Positions 8,885-20,675 of a stretch of 64,000 nucleotides of DNA are shown in pieces (the first letter of the stretch is position 1; each line of letters begins with the position of its first letter). Source of the stretch: Emiliania huxleyi CCMP1516 (lineage: Eukaryota); the NCBI RefSeq assembly GCF_000372725.1, contig NW_005202428.1, positions 2,828,670-2,892,669 on the forward strand. The letters run 5' to 3'. The position numbers and the translations under genes were made by a program. The notes under the pieces are model-generated. The model was not told the DNA's origin. It did not search any database and was given only the letters and a program-made list of their open reading frames with translations.

Positions 8885-11800
8885 TAGGGGCAAACACTGA
8901 AAACGTAACTTGATCGGGGCGCGGTTTTTTTTGGACTAGACTGCTCGGGGGAGGTGGGCGAGTGATTGGGTAGCTTTGGGGCCACCGAAAATAATGAGAA
9001 CCGCCCCCTATATCTCGCCAAATCTCGATTTTTCGCGGGAATGGGCGCTTCTCAGCCCCGCGCGAGCTACAGTGACTCCCCAGGGCTTGTCCCGTGGCCC
9101 AAAGTGGTACCCCGAGCTCCGCCACGAGCGTGGGCAATCAGGAGACACCCACAGTCACGGCGGGCGAGGAGTTGGGTGACGGCCAACTGTCGATTACGGC
9201 GCCTCTGGAGCCTCCTGTATCGTCGGTTCGGCTCGAAGATCGTGCCGCATCCGCATGTAAACCACCTCCGCGCCCCCGCTGGCACATGTCCGCATTGCCC
9301 GAGCCTGGGAGAAGTTCCCAGTGCCCGGAGGCTGCACAGGTCCGCGAAACGCTGGCGCTGCAGCTCCCGGCGCGCACCCCAGATTCGCGAGGAAAACAGC
9401 CGAAAACGGGTCGCGCCGCGATCGACCCTCAGCGAGCCCAGGCGAGCCTGGTAATCCCACCCGGTGGTAAGCGCACGTCCTCCGCGTAATCTAGCGCGCT
9501 GTGCAGCCCGCCAGTGCATGGCGTCGACCTGGGCCGCGACTGGTCGATCTCGCCGCGATCTCGCCATCCAATTCTCGGTCAGGTGTAGTGGATCACCTTA
9601 AAATCCTGGATTAATTCCTGAGCCCACCTGGCCCCACCAGACGGGTAGCACGAGGCGCCCGGGCCACTTTTTAGCGCCTCCCGAGCCTCCCGGCGCCTCC
9701 TGTGGCCTCCTGAACCCTCTCCCCCGCAGCCTCTCTCGGCGACGTGGGGAGCGGCTGCCGTTCACGGCTCGCACCGGCTCTTCCAGCGGCTCCACGCTTG
9801 CCGCCTGTGACGCCCGCGCCACGCACTGCCACGCGGCCGCTCGAGAGAGCGGTCGACGCCCATACTGCTGGGCGTGGCGCTCTATCGGTCGACGCTTCGG
9901 CGTCGCTGCTTGGTTGGGGACCCGTGCCTCGACGCGGCGGCGCGGCCGAGTACGGCTCGGTGGCACAGCGCGTCGCCACGGATAAGATGCGGCCACAAGC
10001 GGCTGGGGAAGCTCCAAGAATGTTTCGTTCTACTTGCAGGAGAGGTCCAAGCAATTCTGGTGACTGCATGGCTCTTCGCGTCGAGGGATGCGTCCAAGAT
10101 CGGATTGGCTTTTTTGAAAGCGCCGTGTCTTGCGGCATATTCCGGGTCATCGATCCACGTGATGTGACAAACTAGCCGCTAGTAATGAATATGGGAATGT
10201 CATCTAGTTCAGGCAACCCGAGCGACAACTTCACGCGCTTGGCGTGTGTGTCGTGTGTGCCTGCTGCTCAAGCGGATCATATATCCTATCCCCTCCGTTT
10301 TGTGGTAACGCGGATATGAGCATATACACAACACACATACCACGGTCCGTCTGCATCCTCGGCCATCTACCGCCGTGCCGCATCACCCTATGTCGCCGCG
10401 CGGCGGCCGCCGACGCGTCGGCGCTCGCCTGCAGCTCGGTGTACGAAGGCGCCGCCTCGGGCTCCTCCCGCGTGCGGTGCAGCGCCGAGAGCACCTTCAG
10501 GAGCGAGGCGACGGGCACCGCCGCGGCGATGTGCCGGTGTAGCGTGTGGGAGCCGTTGGCCGGGTTGTACGACGGGCCCGAGATGCCCTTGGACTTGGCG
10601 AGGCAGTTCTTCAGATAGTTCGAGAGCGCGGTCTGCCCGACGTCGTGGTCGATGACCTCGAGCTGCACCAGCGTGCGCGTGGTGTGGGCGAGCGGCTCCG
10701 CCGCCCGAGCGGCGGCTTGACTGAGCAAGGACGGGACGAGGCCCTTGGCGAGAGCCAAGTTACGCCACTGCGGATCGTCGGTCGGAGGCTGCCATCGCTC
10801 GCGCAACTGCGCACAACACGCACACACGGCTCAGGCAGCAAGGCCGAGATAGAGCCGAGATATAGCCGAGATACAGCCGAGATATAGCCGAGGTGTAGCA
10901 GCCGCGGCGGCGGCTCAGGGGGCGGTGGGAGAGCAGGGCGGGCGCCTGCTCGTAGCGGCTCGACTGCAGCAGCACGACGTTCATCCACTGGTCGACGAGC
11001 GTCGGGACGGCGACCCACGAGCCGTCCGCGCCGCGGCCATGTAGCAGCACGAGCAGCGCCCATGCGTGCACCTCCGCCTCGCTGGGCAACGCCTTGCCCG
11101 AGGCGCACAAGATCGAGTTCCTGCGGCGCGCGCGCGGCAAGAGCTCGCCAAGGCGGGGCGAGCGCGGCCACGGCGAGGGCGGGCACGCACCGCTTCGATT
11201 CGGGCGCCCCGCGCTGCAGCGCCGCGCGCCGCTCAAGCTCGGCCTGCACGTTATGGAGGATCTACTGGAGCTCCTCGGTCGTGACATCTGCGGCACACAC
11301 GCGCAAACCTGAGACCCCCACGGGCCCGGCGGCGGCGCGGCGAGCGGGGCGCGCGCAGGGGCACACACGGGCGTCGCAAACGCGCGGGCGCAGCGCGCCT
11401 GGAGCACCAGGAAGGGTGCCACCGCCGGCGCCGTGCTCCGCGTGATCACCTGCACGCACAGGCATCGCAGATCGTCAATGTCCCGCTGTGTCCCGAGCTT
11501 GGGGCTCGCGCTCCGGCGCCACGGGCTCGACGCGAGGACTCTGGAGAGAATGTCAGAGTGAGAGTGGATGAGGTTGGAGTGGAGGCGGCAATCGCCGTGC
11601 GGGCGCGCCGGGGGCTGCAGACTCCTCCAAAGCAGCGGGACGGGGCGCGCGCGCGACCGCGGGCCGGATTTTGCGGGGGAACTCGGGGGGAGGGCGCCCC
11701 GGACACGCCCTGCACGCGGCGCGGGCTGGCGCTCACCAGGAGCGGCAGCATTTGCGGTTTTCGACTGTGGTTTTTCTTTGGACGCCATCATTCTTTTCCC

Positions 11801-12000
11801 TTTCAGCGGCCTCACTTGTCGCATTTGCGAGGAAAGCAAGCGCGAGCGCTGCGGCGCCGGAGTCTTTCGGTCACCATTCTGGACCATCTTAATATTTTTC
11901 AATGATTTTTGCAGGGTCTGAAAGCTGAGACTCAGCTCTTCACGCTCGGTATGAAAGCAAGGTCCGTCCGGGGGGTCCCATTTTTCAGTATTTCCCCCTA
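8885..12000. mobile_element. Non-autonomous TIR DNA transposon (hAT-like termini) carrying a gene fragment
   Basis: 19-bp TIRs TAGGGGCAAACACTGAAAA (8885) and revcomp TAGGGGGAAATACTGAAAA (ends 12000), with 2 mismatches. Flanked by a GCGGCGG direct repeat (8878-8884, 12001-12007). No transposase motifs seen. Confidence 0.65.
10231..11480 (-). pseudogene. Intron-containing gene fragment of unknown family inside the TIR element
   Basis: Host-like codon usage in exon-like blocks (…WALLVLLHGRGADGSWVAVPTLVDQWMNVVLL…; …DDPQWRNLALAKGLVPSLL…SNYLKNCLAKSKG…). In-frame TAG near 11262 and an apparent frameshift. Confidence 0.45.
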
Positions 12001-12008
12001 GCGGCGGC

Positions 12009-13440
12009 ATGAGTCTCCAAAATATGCCGAGAGGAGGGCGGAGTTGCGCAGAGAGGCGAGAGAAGCAGCGAGCGAGAGCAAGGGTGAAGGGATCGGCAGA
12101 CGGCAGCGGCGTCTGCCGTCTCAGAACGAGGCCGAGGAGAGCGATGAGTCAGAGGATGAAGCAGCAGGAGAGAGAACGAGGACGAGAGTGGGACGACCAA
12201 CGAGGTGGCATGAAGGTCGCTGCGAGAATTGGCGAGAAACTGCGAACAGAGATAGGAAGAGGTAGACGCCCGAGGGTGGGCGAAGGCTAGCACCGCACTC
12301 CTCTCCTTAAAATCCCTGTGTGGTGGCGGCGTGCCGTCCTCCCATCCCTCCCTTGGGTTGTGTGTTTTCTTTCTTTTTGGGGGGCACGGGACTGGCGCGC
12401 ACTGGCACTAACACAGGTACGGAGGTTACGGAGAAGAATTTAAACAAAACAACTCTCTCTTACAGCAGACAGGCTCGACACAGGTGCGGACTGGCGCGTG
12501 CTAGCACTATCACAGGCACACCACCGGAAAAGAAAGAAAGGAAACAGACAACCCAAGAGAGGGATGGGAGGACGGCACGCCGCCACCACACAGGGGTTTT
12601 AAGGAGAGGAGTGCGGTGCTAGCCGTCGCCCAGCCACCCTTGGGCGTCCGCCTCTTCCTAGGAATCCTATCTCTCTTTCGCAGTCGAAAAAAGAAAGAAT
12701 TTTGTAACCTCCCTCGCACGACACTGGGCACGGGACTGGCGCGCACTGTGCCTCAGCTTTGGCACTAACACAGGTACGGAGGTACGGAAAAGAAAAGAAA
12801 GAAAACAGACAACCCAAGGGAGGGATGGGAGGACGGCAGGGATTTTAAGGAGAGGAGTGTGACTACGCGCCGGCGCTCGGCGCACCCAAGTCCAATCTGG
12901 AGTTGATCGTTGCTTCCCTTTCGCGAGGCGGTGCGGACTGCCGGAGGCCTCGGTCTCTCCCCTCTGCCCGTGCGACTTTCGCTAACTCCCTCGAGCGTAG
13001 ATCGTCTCTCTTCGGCGCGCTCGAGCACGTTTGGCACCAAGAGGCTTTGATTCTTACGACCCTCACCCGCCAAGGCAGGTGTGCACTCTGCTAGTACTTG
13101 TGTACTCACACCACTACACTGTGGGGTGTGCCCGAGCATGATGTATGTGCGCGTCTGTGTGTGTGTGGGACAGACGTTGTTGTCCTATGCGCGGGGCTTC
13201 CCGCGGGGACCGAAGACGTAACAGCAGCAGCAGCAGCAGCAGTGTGATGCGCTAGCCGTCGCCCACCCTTGGGCGTCCGCCTCTTCCTATCTCTTCGCAT
13301 TCCCTCGCCGATTCTCGCTGCAACCTTCATGCCACCTCGCGGTCTTCCCACTCTCGTCGTTCTCTCTCTTGCTTGTCGCTTCTTCCTCTGTCGCTTCGCT
13401 CTCCTCTGCCTCGACGATCGTGCGACTCTCAGGAAGGTCG
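12009..13440. mobile_element. Cluster of truncated non-LTR retroelement 3' ends (modules A, B, C) in both orientations
   Basis: Several copies of the 3' UTR ctcctctccttaaaatccctgtgtggtggcggcgtgccgtcctcccatccctcccttgggttg+(CTTT)n and the ORF end RPRGGMKVAARIGE…RPRVG(E/D)G*, shared with 39209-40009, interleaved with modules A and B. Confidence 0.7.
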
Positions 13441-14967
13441 GCGGAGAATTCCTTTTTGAAGATCTTCAACACTTCGAGAGAATCCCACTTCTGTTTTTTT
13501 CTTTCTTGCGCGAACTGGCACCACAAATGGCACAGCAGGAGAAAAACAGCGCACCTCCAGAATCTGTTTTTAGGGATTTTGACCCTTTCTCGAGCACTAC
13601 TGTTCTGAGGGGAGATTTTTTGTGTGTGTTGTTGTTTTGTTGATATTTTTGAAAACCAACAAGAAATCACGCCTCTCACAGTGAGATTTGTGCTCGGCAG
13701 CTTGTTCAGCCCTCAGCCGAAGCTGGGGCCGGTGGTCCGGTAGCCGAGAGAGCCCGCGTCGATGAGTTCGACGCGGTCGGGAGGCCTTTGCGGAGAGACC
13801 AGCGAGGTGACGATCGCTGTACTTCATGGTGTCATCGAGGGGTCCCGTACCATGCGGAACTGACCCTATCCAGTGCTCAAGTGCTCAAGTGTCATCAAAG
13901 TGACCGGCTGACAAGCCAGAGGTCGATACTCTGGACGACCCCATAGGATGCCACGAATGCCTGGAGGAGAGGGAGGCGAGGCCAGAGGCAGACTCAGCTG
14001 CTCTTGGGTGATCTCGCTTTGGTGGCTGAAGGACCGCTGATCCTGTCACATTCGCGTTCCGAGTCGTGGGGGTAGAAGATTGCGGGGGGGCATCGAGTCA
14101 ACACTTCCTTGTAGTACAGCGGACCGCCAGGCTCGCCGGCAGCATCCGCAGGGAGGCAGCATATCAGGCACCGGTCTTCTGGAGAGCTCAACAGCTGCAG
14201 CCGCGATGGCAGAGTCGGCCGCGGCCAAATCGCGGTAGGCTCATGCCTTCGCGGAGCGACGCGGGTCGCGCGGCGCGCGCGCGTGTGCGAAACGCGACAA
14301 CAGACACCAGAGGCCAGAGGCCCAATCCCAAGACGCCTGAGCGCTGAACAACTGAACGACCGTCGCCGCAACCGCCCGCCGCAGCAGCAGGCCCGGAGGC
14401 CCACATGGCGGTCATCAAACTGATAAGGACTCTGTTATGACTTATGTGTGTCTGAGAGATTTTTAGAAGGCAACAAGCATTTTACAATAAAGCTCCCTCG
14501 CACGACACTAGGCACGGGACTGGCGCGCACTGGCACTGACACAGGCACACAAGAATTTAAACAAGCAACTCACACACACAAGAAATCAGCTCGACTCTTT
14601 TAAAGGGTCTTTTGTGGATCTGTGATCTGTGTGAGGGTCGGCCCGCAGGCAAATTTTGTATACCGCAGGCGGTGCCCGGTGCCGAGCGCAGGCAGTGCCC
14701 ACAGGTTGGACCTTAAGAAAAGGTAGATCCCTGGGGGCGAGGCTTGGGGCGAGGGTGGTGGAGAGGGCTGTCTGTGACTGTGTCGGTGCTTTAAACCCCG
14801 TAACCCCCCGCCCCGCCGCCCGGGGCCGGGGGGCGGGCCGGATCCGTTCTGTTCTATGTTTAGCTTTAGGGATTTCGAGCTCTGCTTTCTGTGTCTTTGT
14901 GCGCCCGAGCCTGACTGTTCTTCGCCTTCCTATCACTCAATCGCGGTCTCGCCGGGGCGGCCCGTTG

Positions 14968-15811
14968 TCACGCCGCCTCGGGCTTGCCCTCTGCGCCGTC
15001 CCCCTCGATGAACAGCAGCGGGAAACAGCCGACGAGGCAGCCGATGATGATGCCGACTGCGCCCGCGCTGGCGGTGGTGAGGCGGGCCGCTCGCATCTGC
15101 TGCTGCGCGGGACTGAGGCGTGGGTTGGGCAGGACGGGGCGGAGGACGGTGTCCACGGTGCTGCCGCTCAGCTGGCCTATAGAGGAGCGCGGCCGCGCAG
15201 AGGTGCTGACCCGCTCGTGGGGACGGAGGGCACGCACACAGGCAGGTAGGAGGCAGGCAGGCAGGCAGGCGGGCAGCAGGAGGCGGCGCGCTGCTGCCTG
15301 TGGTGTCGGCGACAACGTTGCCGAGCGCGGCACACGCCAGGCCCGAGAGGCCGAGCTTCGCGCCGAGGCTCGACTCGATCGCATCGCCCGCCACGAGCAT
15401 GATTGAGTTGTCCAAAAACCCAAACACAAAGCACGGCAGAGCGGACAGCAGCCCGAGCTTGCCGAGCTGTGCCCAGCTTGGCGGCCCGCTCCCGTGGCCA
15501 GACATCTGAGTCAGGAGGGTCGGTCCGCGGCGGCGCCACCACAGGGCAAACTCCTCCGCGTCAATGCTGCCGTCGCGGTCCGAGTCGGCCTCCATCGCGA
15601 GCGACCTTGCGTCGATGGGGCTCTCCGCCTCGAGACGCCGGCCAATGCTCTCGCTCAGCAGCTTGAACGAAGCGGCCGGCAGGGCCTTCACCAATGCGTC
15701 TGCATCGCTGGGATTTCGAATCGAAGACGCGTCGCTGAGCCCTCGACTTGCCGCGGCCGCGCGGCATAAGTGTTTGCACGCTGGGCGTGCGCGTGCCAGC
15801 GAGGGCAGCAT
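14968..15811 (-). CDS. TMEM65: TMEM65-like membrane protein with N-terminal EF-hand (2 exons, intron about 15179-15297)
   Basis: FVFGFLDNSIMLVAGDAIESSLG..LGLSGLACAALGNVVAD and VGIIIGCLVGCFPL match the TMEM65 family. EF-hand loop DSDRDGSIDAEE. Arg/Ala/Ser-rich N-terminus resembling a mitochondrial presequence. Confidence 0.85.
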
Positions 15812-15861
15812 GTAGGAAGGCAGGATACCACGGTCGGGTCGCTCCCGATAGAATTCTAATA

Positions 15862-17446
15862 ATATGCGGGTATCTTCAAACACCCCCCCCCTCGCACCTA
15901 GCCGCCCCCATTCTCGCAAGACGTGTGAGCATGAGGGGGGGGGGGGGGGTACCCCCCTACAGGTGCCCCTGCCCAGGCCTCTGACCGAGAGGGGGGTACA
16001 CCTCGCGGGAGCCAAGACTGCTCGACCGACAGGGGGGTGCCTGCCCAAGACCCAGGTAAAACCCGGGTATACCCGAGAAAGTCCAGGTTTACCCGAAAAA
16101 TAACGCGTCCACATGCCGCGCACGCCCTACTCCCAGGGCCCCTGCGCCAACTGCGGCGCGCACCGCCTGCTCAAGTACGCGCACCGCACCATTGTGTGCT
16201 CGCTACAAGTGCCAAAAGGCAGCATCGGCGCAGCGCCAGGCGCGGCTGGCAGGCGGCGGTGCGGACGACGCAGTCGTGCCAACATTCTGCTACAAGATCG
16301 AGGCGGTGCTCGGCATGCGCTTGTGCGACCCCGATCGGAAAGAAGCGGCGCAACAAGCTGACTGCTGCCGACAACACTATTTGCTACCTCACGCGCGGTG
16401 AGTTTGGAGAGGATGAACACGACTCGGGTTTCACCGACACACGCTGGGTGGAGCTCGAGGAGCTGTACGAGAACTGCGGCAAGTCAAGGCTGAACAGCGC
16501 TCTCAAGAAGCACCGGAAGACAGAGCAGGAGGCTGCGGATAAAGCAATCGCTGAGTTAGAGGAGGGAGATGACGAGGCGTAGTTGGACGAATAGCAGCGA
16601 GTTGGGAATGTAGCACTTCATCGGAGTGTGGTGCGGAACGCACGAACGTGGAGGCGTGCGTAGCGGCACTGCAGCCTCAGATGGAGCGGAGTCTTCCGTC
16701 CTCCTCGTCGCCGCGTCTTCAGGGCACCACAACACCGTGCAGCGCCGGCCAACTAGTGACGCGTCATATTTGAGGGACCCGTTCTCCACGGCAGCTGCTT
16801 GAGCATCCCCTCCCGCGCCCATGGCCTGATGCGGTGCCTCCCACTGTGCCGCTTTCTTTTCTTCTGAGAGTAGTGCTTCTTGAACAGTGAGCGTAAGGGC
16901 GGCCGCGGCGGTGTAGGGGCGGCGGCGAGCTCCCGGTTGCAAATACTCGCCTCACGGTCCAAGATGGCGGCTCGCGCCCCCAACCGTGCACCAGCGTGCC
17001 TCTCTAGTCCCGCCTGCCACCCAGATACCGAGGGTGGGGCGCACTCTTCGACTTGGGCTATTATCTGCCACACCGGGAGGGCGGCCGCGGCGGTCGGTGG
17101 CACAGGCGACAAGTCTTCAAGGCACACAAGGGCACGACCGATATTTTGCTTGCAAAAATGCAACATTTTCTTTTCGCGGGGCTCCGCCCCCCACCCCGCC
17201 GGGGCTCCGCCCCCCCGGACCCTAGCTGACCGAGGGGAGGGGTCAGCTCCGCAAGCTGGCGAGGGGGCGGCGGGGCGGAACCGAGGGGGGGGTAAGCTAC
17301 CGGAGGGGGGGTCAGCTGCCGCTGGCTCGGGACCGCTGAGCGACAGGGGGGTGTAGGTACCCCCCCCACCTCCACCTGGTCAGACCGTCGACCAAGAGGG
17401 GGGTCCCCAGGTGCGTGGGGGGGGGTGCTTGAAGATGACGCGCATA
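15862..17446. mobile_element. Putative non-autonomous TIR element with degenerate internal ORF fragments
   Basis: Imperfect inverted ends ATATGCG.GT(C)ATCTTCAA.CAC(C)n.CGCACCT at 15862-15899 and about 17409-17446, plus inner GGGGGTACC motifs. No clear TSD. Confidence 0.5.
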
Positions 17447-17469
17447 TAACACCCTACCGGGTAGCGTGC

Positions 17470-19790
17470 CGGCCCTCAGCGGAGCTGGGAATAGGACCGC
17501 CGCAAGCGGCGCGGCGTGGAGCGGTTGCGCATCCCTCCGGGGCCCCCTCTGCGCCGGGGAGGCGTTGTTGGAGGCTAGGACGCAAGCGTCCGTCGCCCTT
17601 TTTCAAACTCGGGGCCCACTCCGCTACACGGTCCGACCCGAATTTGGAGGGCCTAAAAGTTTAAGGTGTTGCTGCGCAAAAGGGGTCGGACACAGGGCGC
17701 AGCTCATGCTAAGAGCCAGAAGGGGAGCTAGAGAGAACGACTACCCTGTCCCGTTATTGCGTGCACCAACACCACAAAAGCTCCTCTCTCTCCTGTCCTC
17801 ACTCAGGGGGGTCACAACTACCGAGTCCCTCGACTAGCTGCCACGTTGCCGACCGAGAGCGGATCTCCTCCTGCTCCGCAAGGAGGGTGGCCAAGGCTAA
17901 AGTCTTGCCGGAGCCGCCGGGCGCGTTGACGACTTGGAGAAGGTCGCCCTTGCACTTGTACTTGTAGAGATGCTCGAGGGGGTGCTTTGTGGGGCGGTGC
18001 GCAGCCAGGCCAGCAGTGAGGGGAGGCGCACCCTCACTCTCCTCGGTTGCAGAGCTCGTCGGAGGCTGCGTCACGACGGGAGGGTCGCGACAGCAGTCCT
18101 CGGGCGAGCCGACGCGCATGTCCAACCAGCGCTGGGACTCGTTGTGACGGCAGACGCCGGCTGCCTCTCCCACCTTTTTTCCTTCTTTGCCCGGTGCATG
18201 GGCTCGATCCGATTCCGCAGCGTGTCGTCCCCAGCGGCGGTGCTGCGCGGGAGGCGGCCGCGGGCACGCTGGGCTCGATCTCAGCGGCTTTCCCCTCAGT
18301 TGCTCCGAAAGCACGGATCTGGCGGACGTTCTTGGCTTCAATTTTACGAATCTTGTCAACACGATCGAATGTCTGGACCAGCTGAAGGCTTGCGTCCGTC
18401 CACGGCGGACGTCACATGGTTTCTCTGCACGGTATTCGGATTTTGCTATTTGTTCGTGTGGGATTCTTTTTCGAGGTCAACCCGTCATGCGGCAGGTGGC
18501 TTGCTTTGGCTCGCTGCCACCGCGGTGGGTCACCAAGAGCTTCTCCGCGTGCGGCGTCATCACCACGCGACGCGCTCGCCACGCCTCACCCGGGCAAAAG
18601 GAACGACCGCGCGCCGCCGCCGCCCGCCTCGCCTTGCCTTGCCCCTGCGCCTGCGCCTGCGCCTGCGCCTCGCCTTGCAGCCGCGCACGCGCACACGCTC
18701 ACGCCGCTCGCGTTCGCTACCGCGAAGAAACCCTCCACCCGAGTTTCGAGCCGGGAGCCAAAAGGTCCCGACTCGAACCGCGAACCGGCTCGACCACCGC
18801 CGCTGGCGGTTCTGCAAAGGCACTCAAGGGCAGTGCCTCATATAACGTGAAATAGTGCGAGCGCGCGAGATACTCACCCGACCCACCGTGCCCTCGCGAA
18901 GAAGATCTCGCGCAGCGCGCGCTCGCACACGCCGCCCGAGAGCACTCCCACCCCCGCCGCCCTCGCAAGCTCACAGGTTGATTTGAGGAGAAGCAGCTGG
19001 GGGAGGTCAAAGCGGGAGAAGGCGGCACGGCGGCGGCGGCGCGGCCCCCCCCCATCCCCACGCCTCCGGGTCGTGCGTACCGCCTCCGGGCGTGAGTGTC
19101 CCCCCAGCGTCTGCTCCAGCAGTCGCTCCGGTAATCAGGCCGAGAGTACCAGGGAGGAGGGGAGAAGAGCCCAGGGTGGAGAGAGGAGAAGAGCCTAGGG
19201 AGGGGGGAGGAGAAGAGCCCAAGGCGGCCTCCCTCTCCCTCCCCTCCCACCGGGCCTCCCTCTCCCTCTCCTCCCACCGGGCCTCCCTCTCCCCCTCCTC
19301 CCGCCAAGCACCGACAGTCTCGAGGGGCCAGCCGCTGGGGGAACCACCTCCTGAGAAGAGGGGGTGGACGTACGCCAGCGGCACGAGGGCTTCAGCCGCA
19401 CAACTACCATGGGAACGCGACCCACACAAAGCACCAAAGTTAGGCATACCCCCCGGCGCAGTGTCCCCCGCTATGTGTCGCCGTTCGTCGGGGCACGCTA
19501 TCCTGTGCAGTCAGGGCAAGTGGGGGCGGGGTAGAGTGCCCAGGAGCGTGCTCCTGGGATTTCTCCGCCCAGTCCGGGGGTGCGTCGAACCTTCCATCAC
19601 CCTGTCGGAAGCGGCGTGCCGGTGGAGGCACGTCCGGGTTTTGGAAGTAAAGATATATTACTTTTTTTTATTTGTTCGTGTGGGGGTATATTGCAGATTT
19701 GTCAATGGTACCGCGTCTGCGACGCGGGCGCCTTGCGGGCAGAGCCCTTAGCCACCCTTTATATCTTGCGCGGTCAAAATTCGTATCAAC
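17470..19790. repeat. Composite dispersed repeat; an inverted, rearranged copy lies at about 59800-61270
   Basis: Blocks 17470-17740, 17745-17850, 18200-18345 and 18410-18480/19675-19775 match the reverse complements of 60995-61268, 60690-60797, 60195-60345 and 59803-59990. Confidence 0.75.
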
Positions 19791-19892
19791 CAAGAAACAT
19801 CTAGATTCTGTGAATCAAGGCCTCCAACTGTAACAAGGTCTGTGGTTCGCAGCTCGTTCGTGAACAACCAACGGCGCCAGGCGCCTGCCTAC

Positions 19893-20610
19893 CTATTGAT
19901 GGGTCCATCCATGTGATAGCCTGGGCGTGCAACATGCGCCTGGTTGGACCTGAATGAACGAACGAGCCTGGGGCCGGAGGCGGGAAGTGTGAGAGGCTGC
20001 CGGAGGGGCGTCCCGCCCGGCCGGCCCCGCTCCTCCGGTGAAGTCGTGCCCCTGGGTGGAGAGGTAGAGGACGCACGAGTAGTGGTAGACGGCGTGCGTC
20101 GCCTCGTCCGTGTGCAGGATCACCTGTCCACATCGCGTTGCACGCTACAGCGCATGTCGCACCATCTCGCCTCGTCCGTGAGCAAATGTCACAGAGTCGC
20201 CCGCCGAGCCTCCCCCTCCCGTCTGCTTGAGGCCCGCCTCGTACTTTCGCGCGTACGCCTGCAGCAAGGGCCCGGGAAAGGGTCCAGGCCGGCGCGGGGC
20301 CGCTCGTGCGCGCGCGGCGCGCCTGCACGGGCAGCACGCGCGAGAGGGGGAGGCCGTACTCGTGCGAGATGGAGCGCCGAATCCGCTCGACGAGCCGGAC
20401 GAAGTTGAGGATCGTCGCGGTCGAGCACTTGCCGCAGCCGTTGAAGTTGAACCCCTCGAGGTCTGGGAAGACCTGGAGGTCCGTCTCTGCGGCGGTGGCG
20501 AAGGCGGGGAAGGTGACGCGCGAGCAAGCCTCGCAGCAGGCGCCCTCCTCGCAGCGGCGGCCCTCCTTGAGCGGCAGGTTGACCTGCTGGCTGCTGAGGC
20601 TCTGCGGCAG
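19893..20610 (-). pseudogene. 2OG-Fe(II) oxygenase (OGFOD3/prolyl-hydroxylase-like) fragment, multi-exon
   Basis: Exons LPQSL…NFVRLVERIRRSISHEYGL…, YARKYEAG… and LHTDEATHAVYHYSCVLYLSTQGHDFTGG (HxD + S.xLYL..F.GG). No ATG found; the distal His/Arg strand is not visible. Confidence 0.6.
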
Positions 20611-20675
20611 CTAGACAAAGACGAGACAGAGACACGGCGCTGCGGCTTACGTTGCGCCTCGGCCGCGCGCGTCTC

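Noticed and set aside
13117..13683. CACTGTG…CACAGTG inverted heptamers (Transib/RSS-like ends)
   Set aside because: The match barely extends beyond 7 bp and there is no 5-bp TSD.
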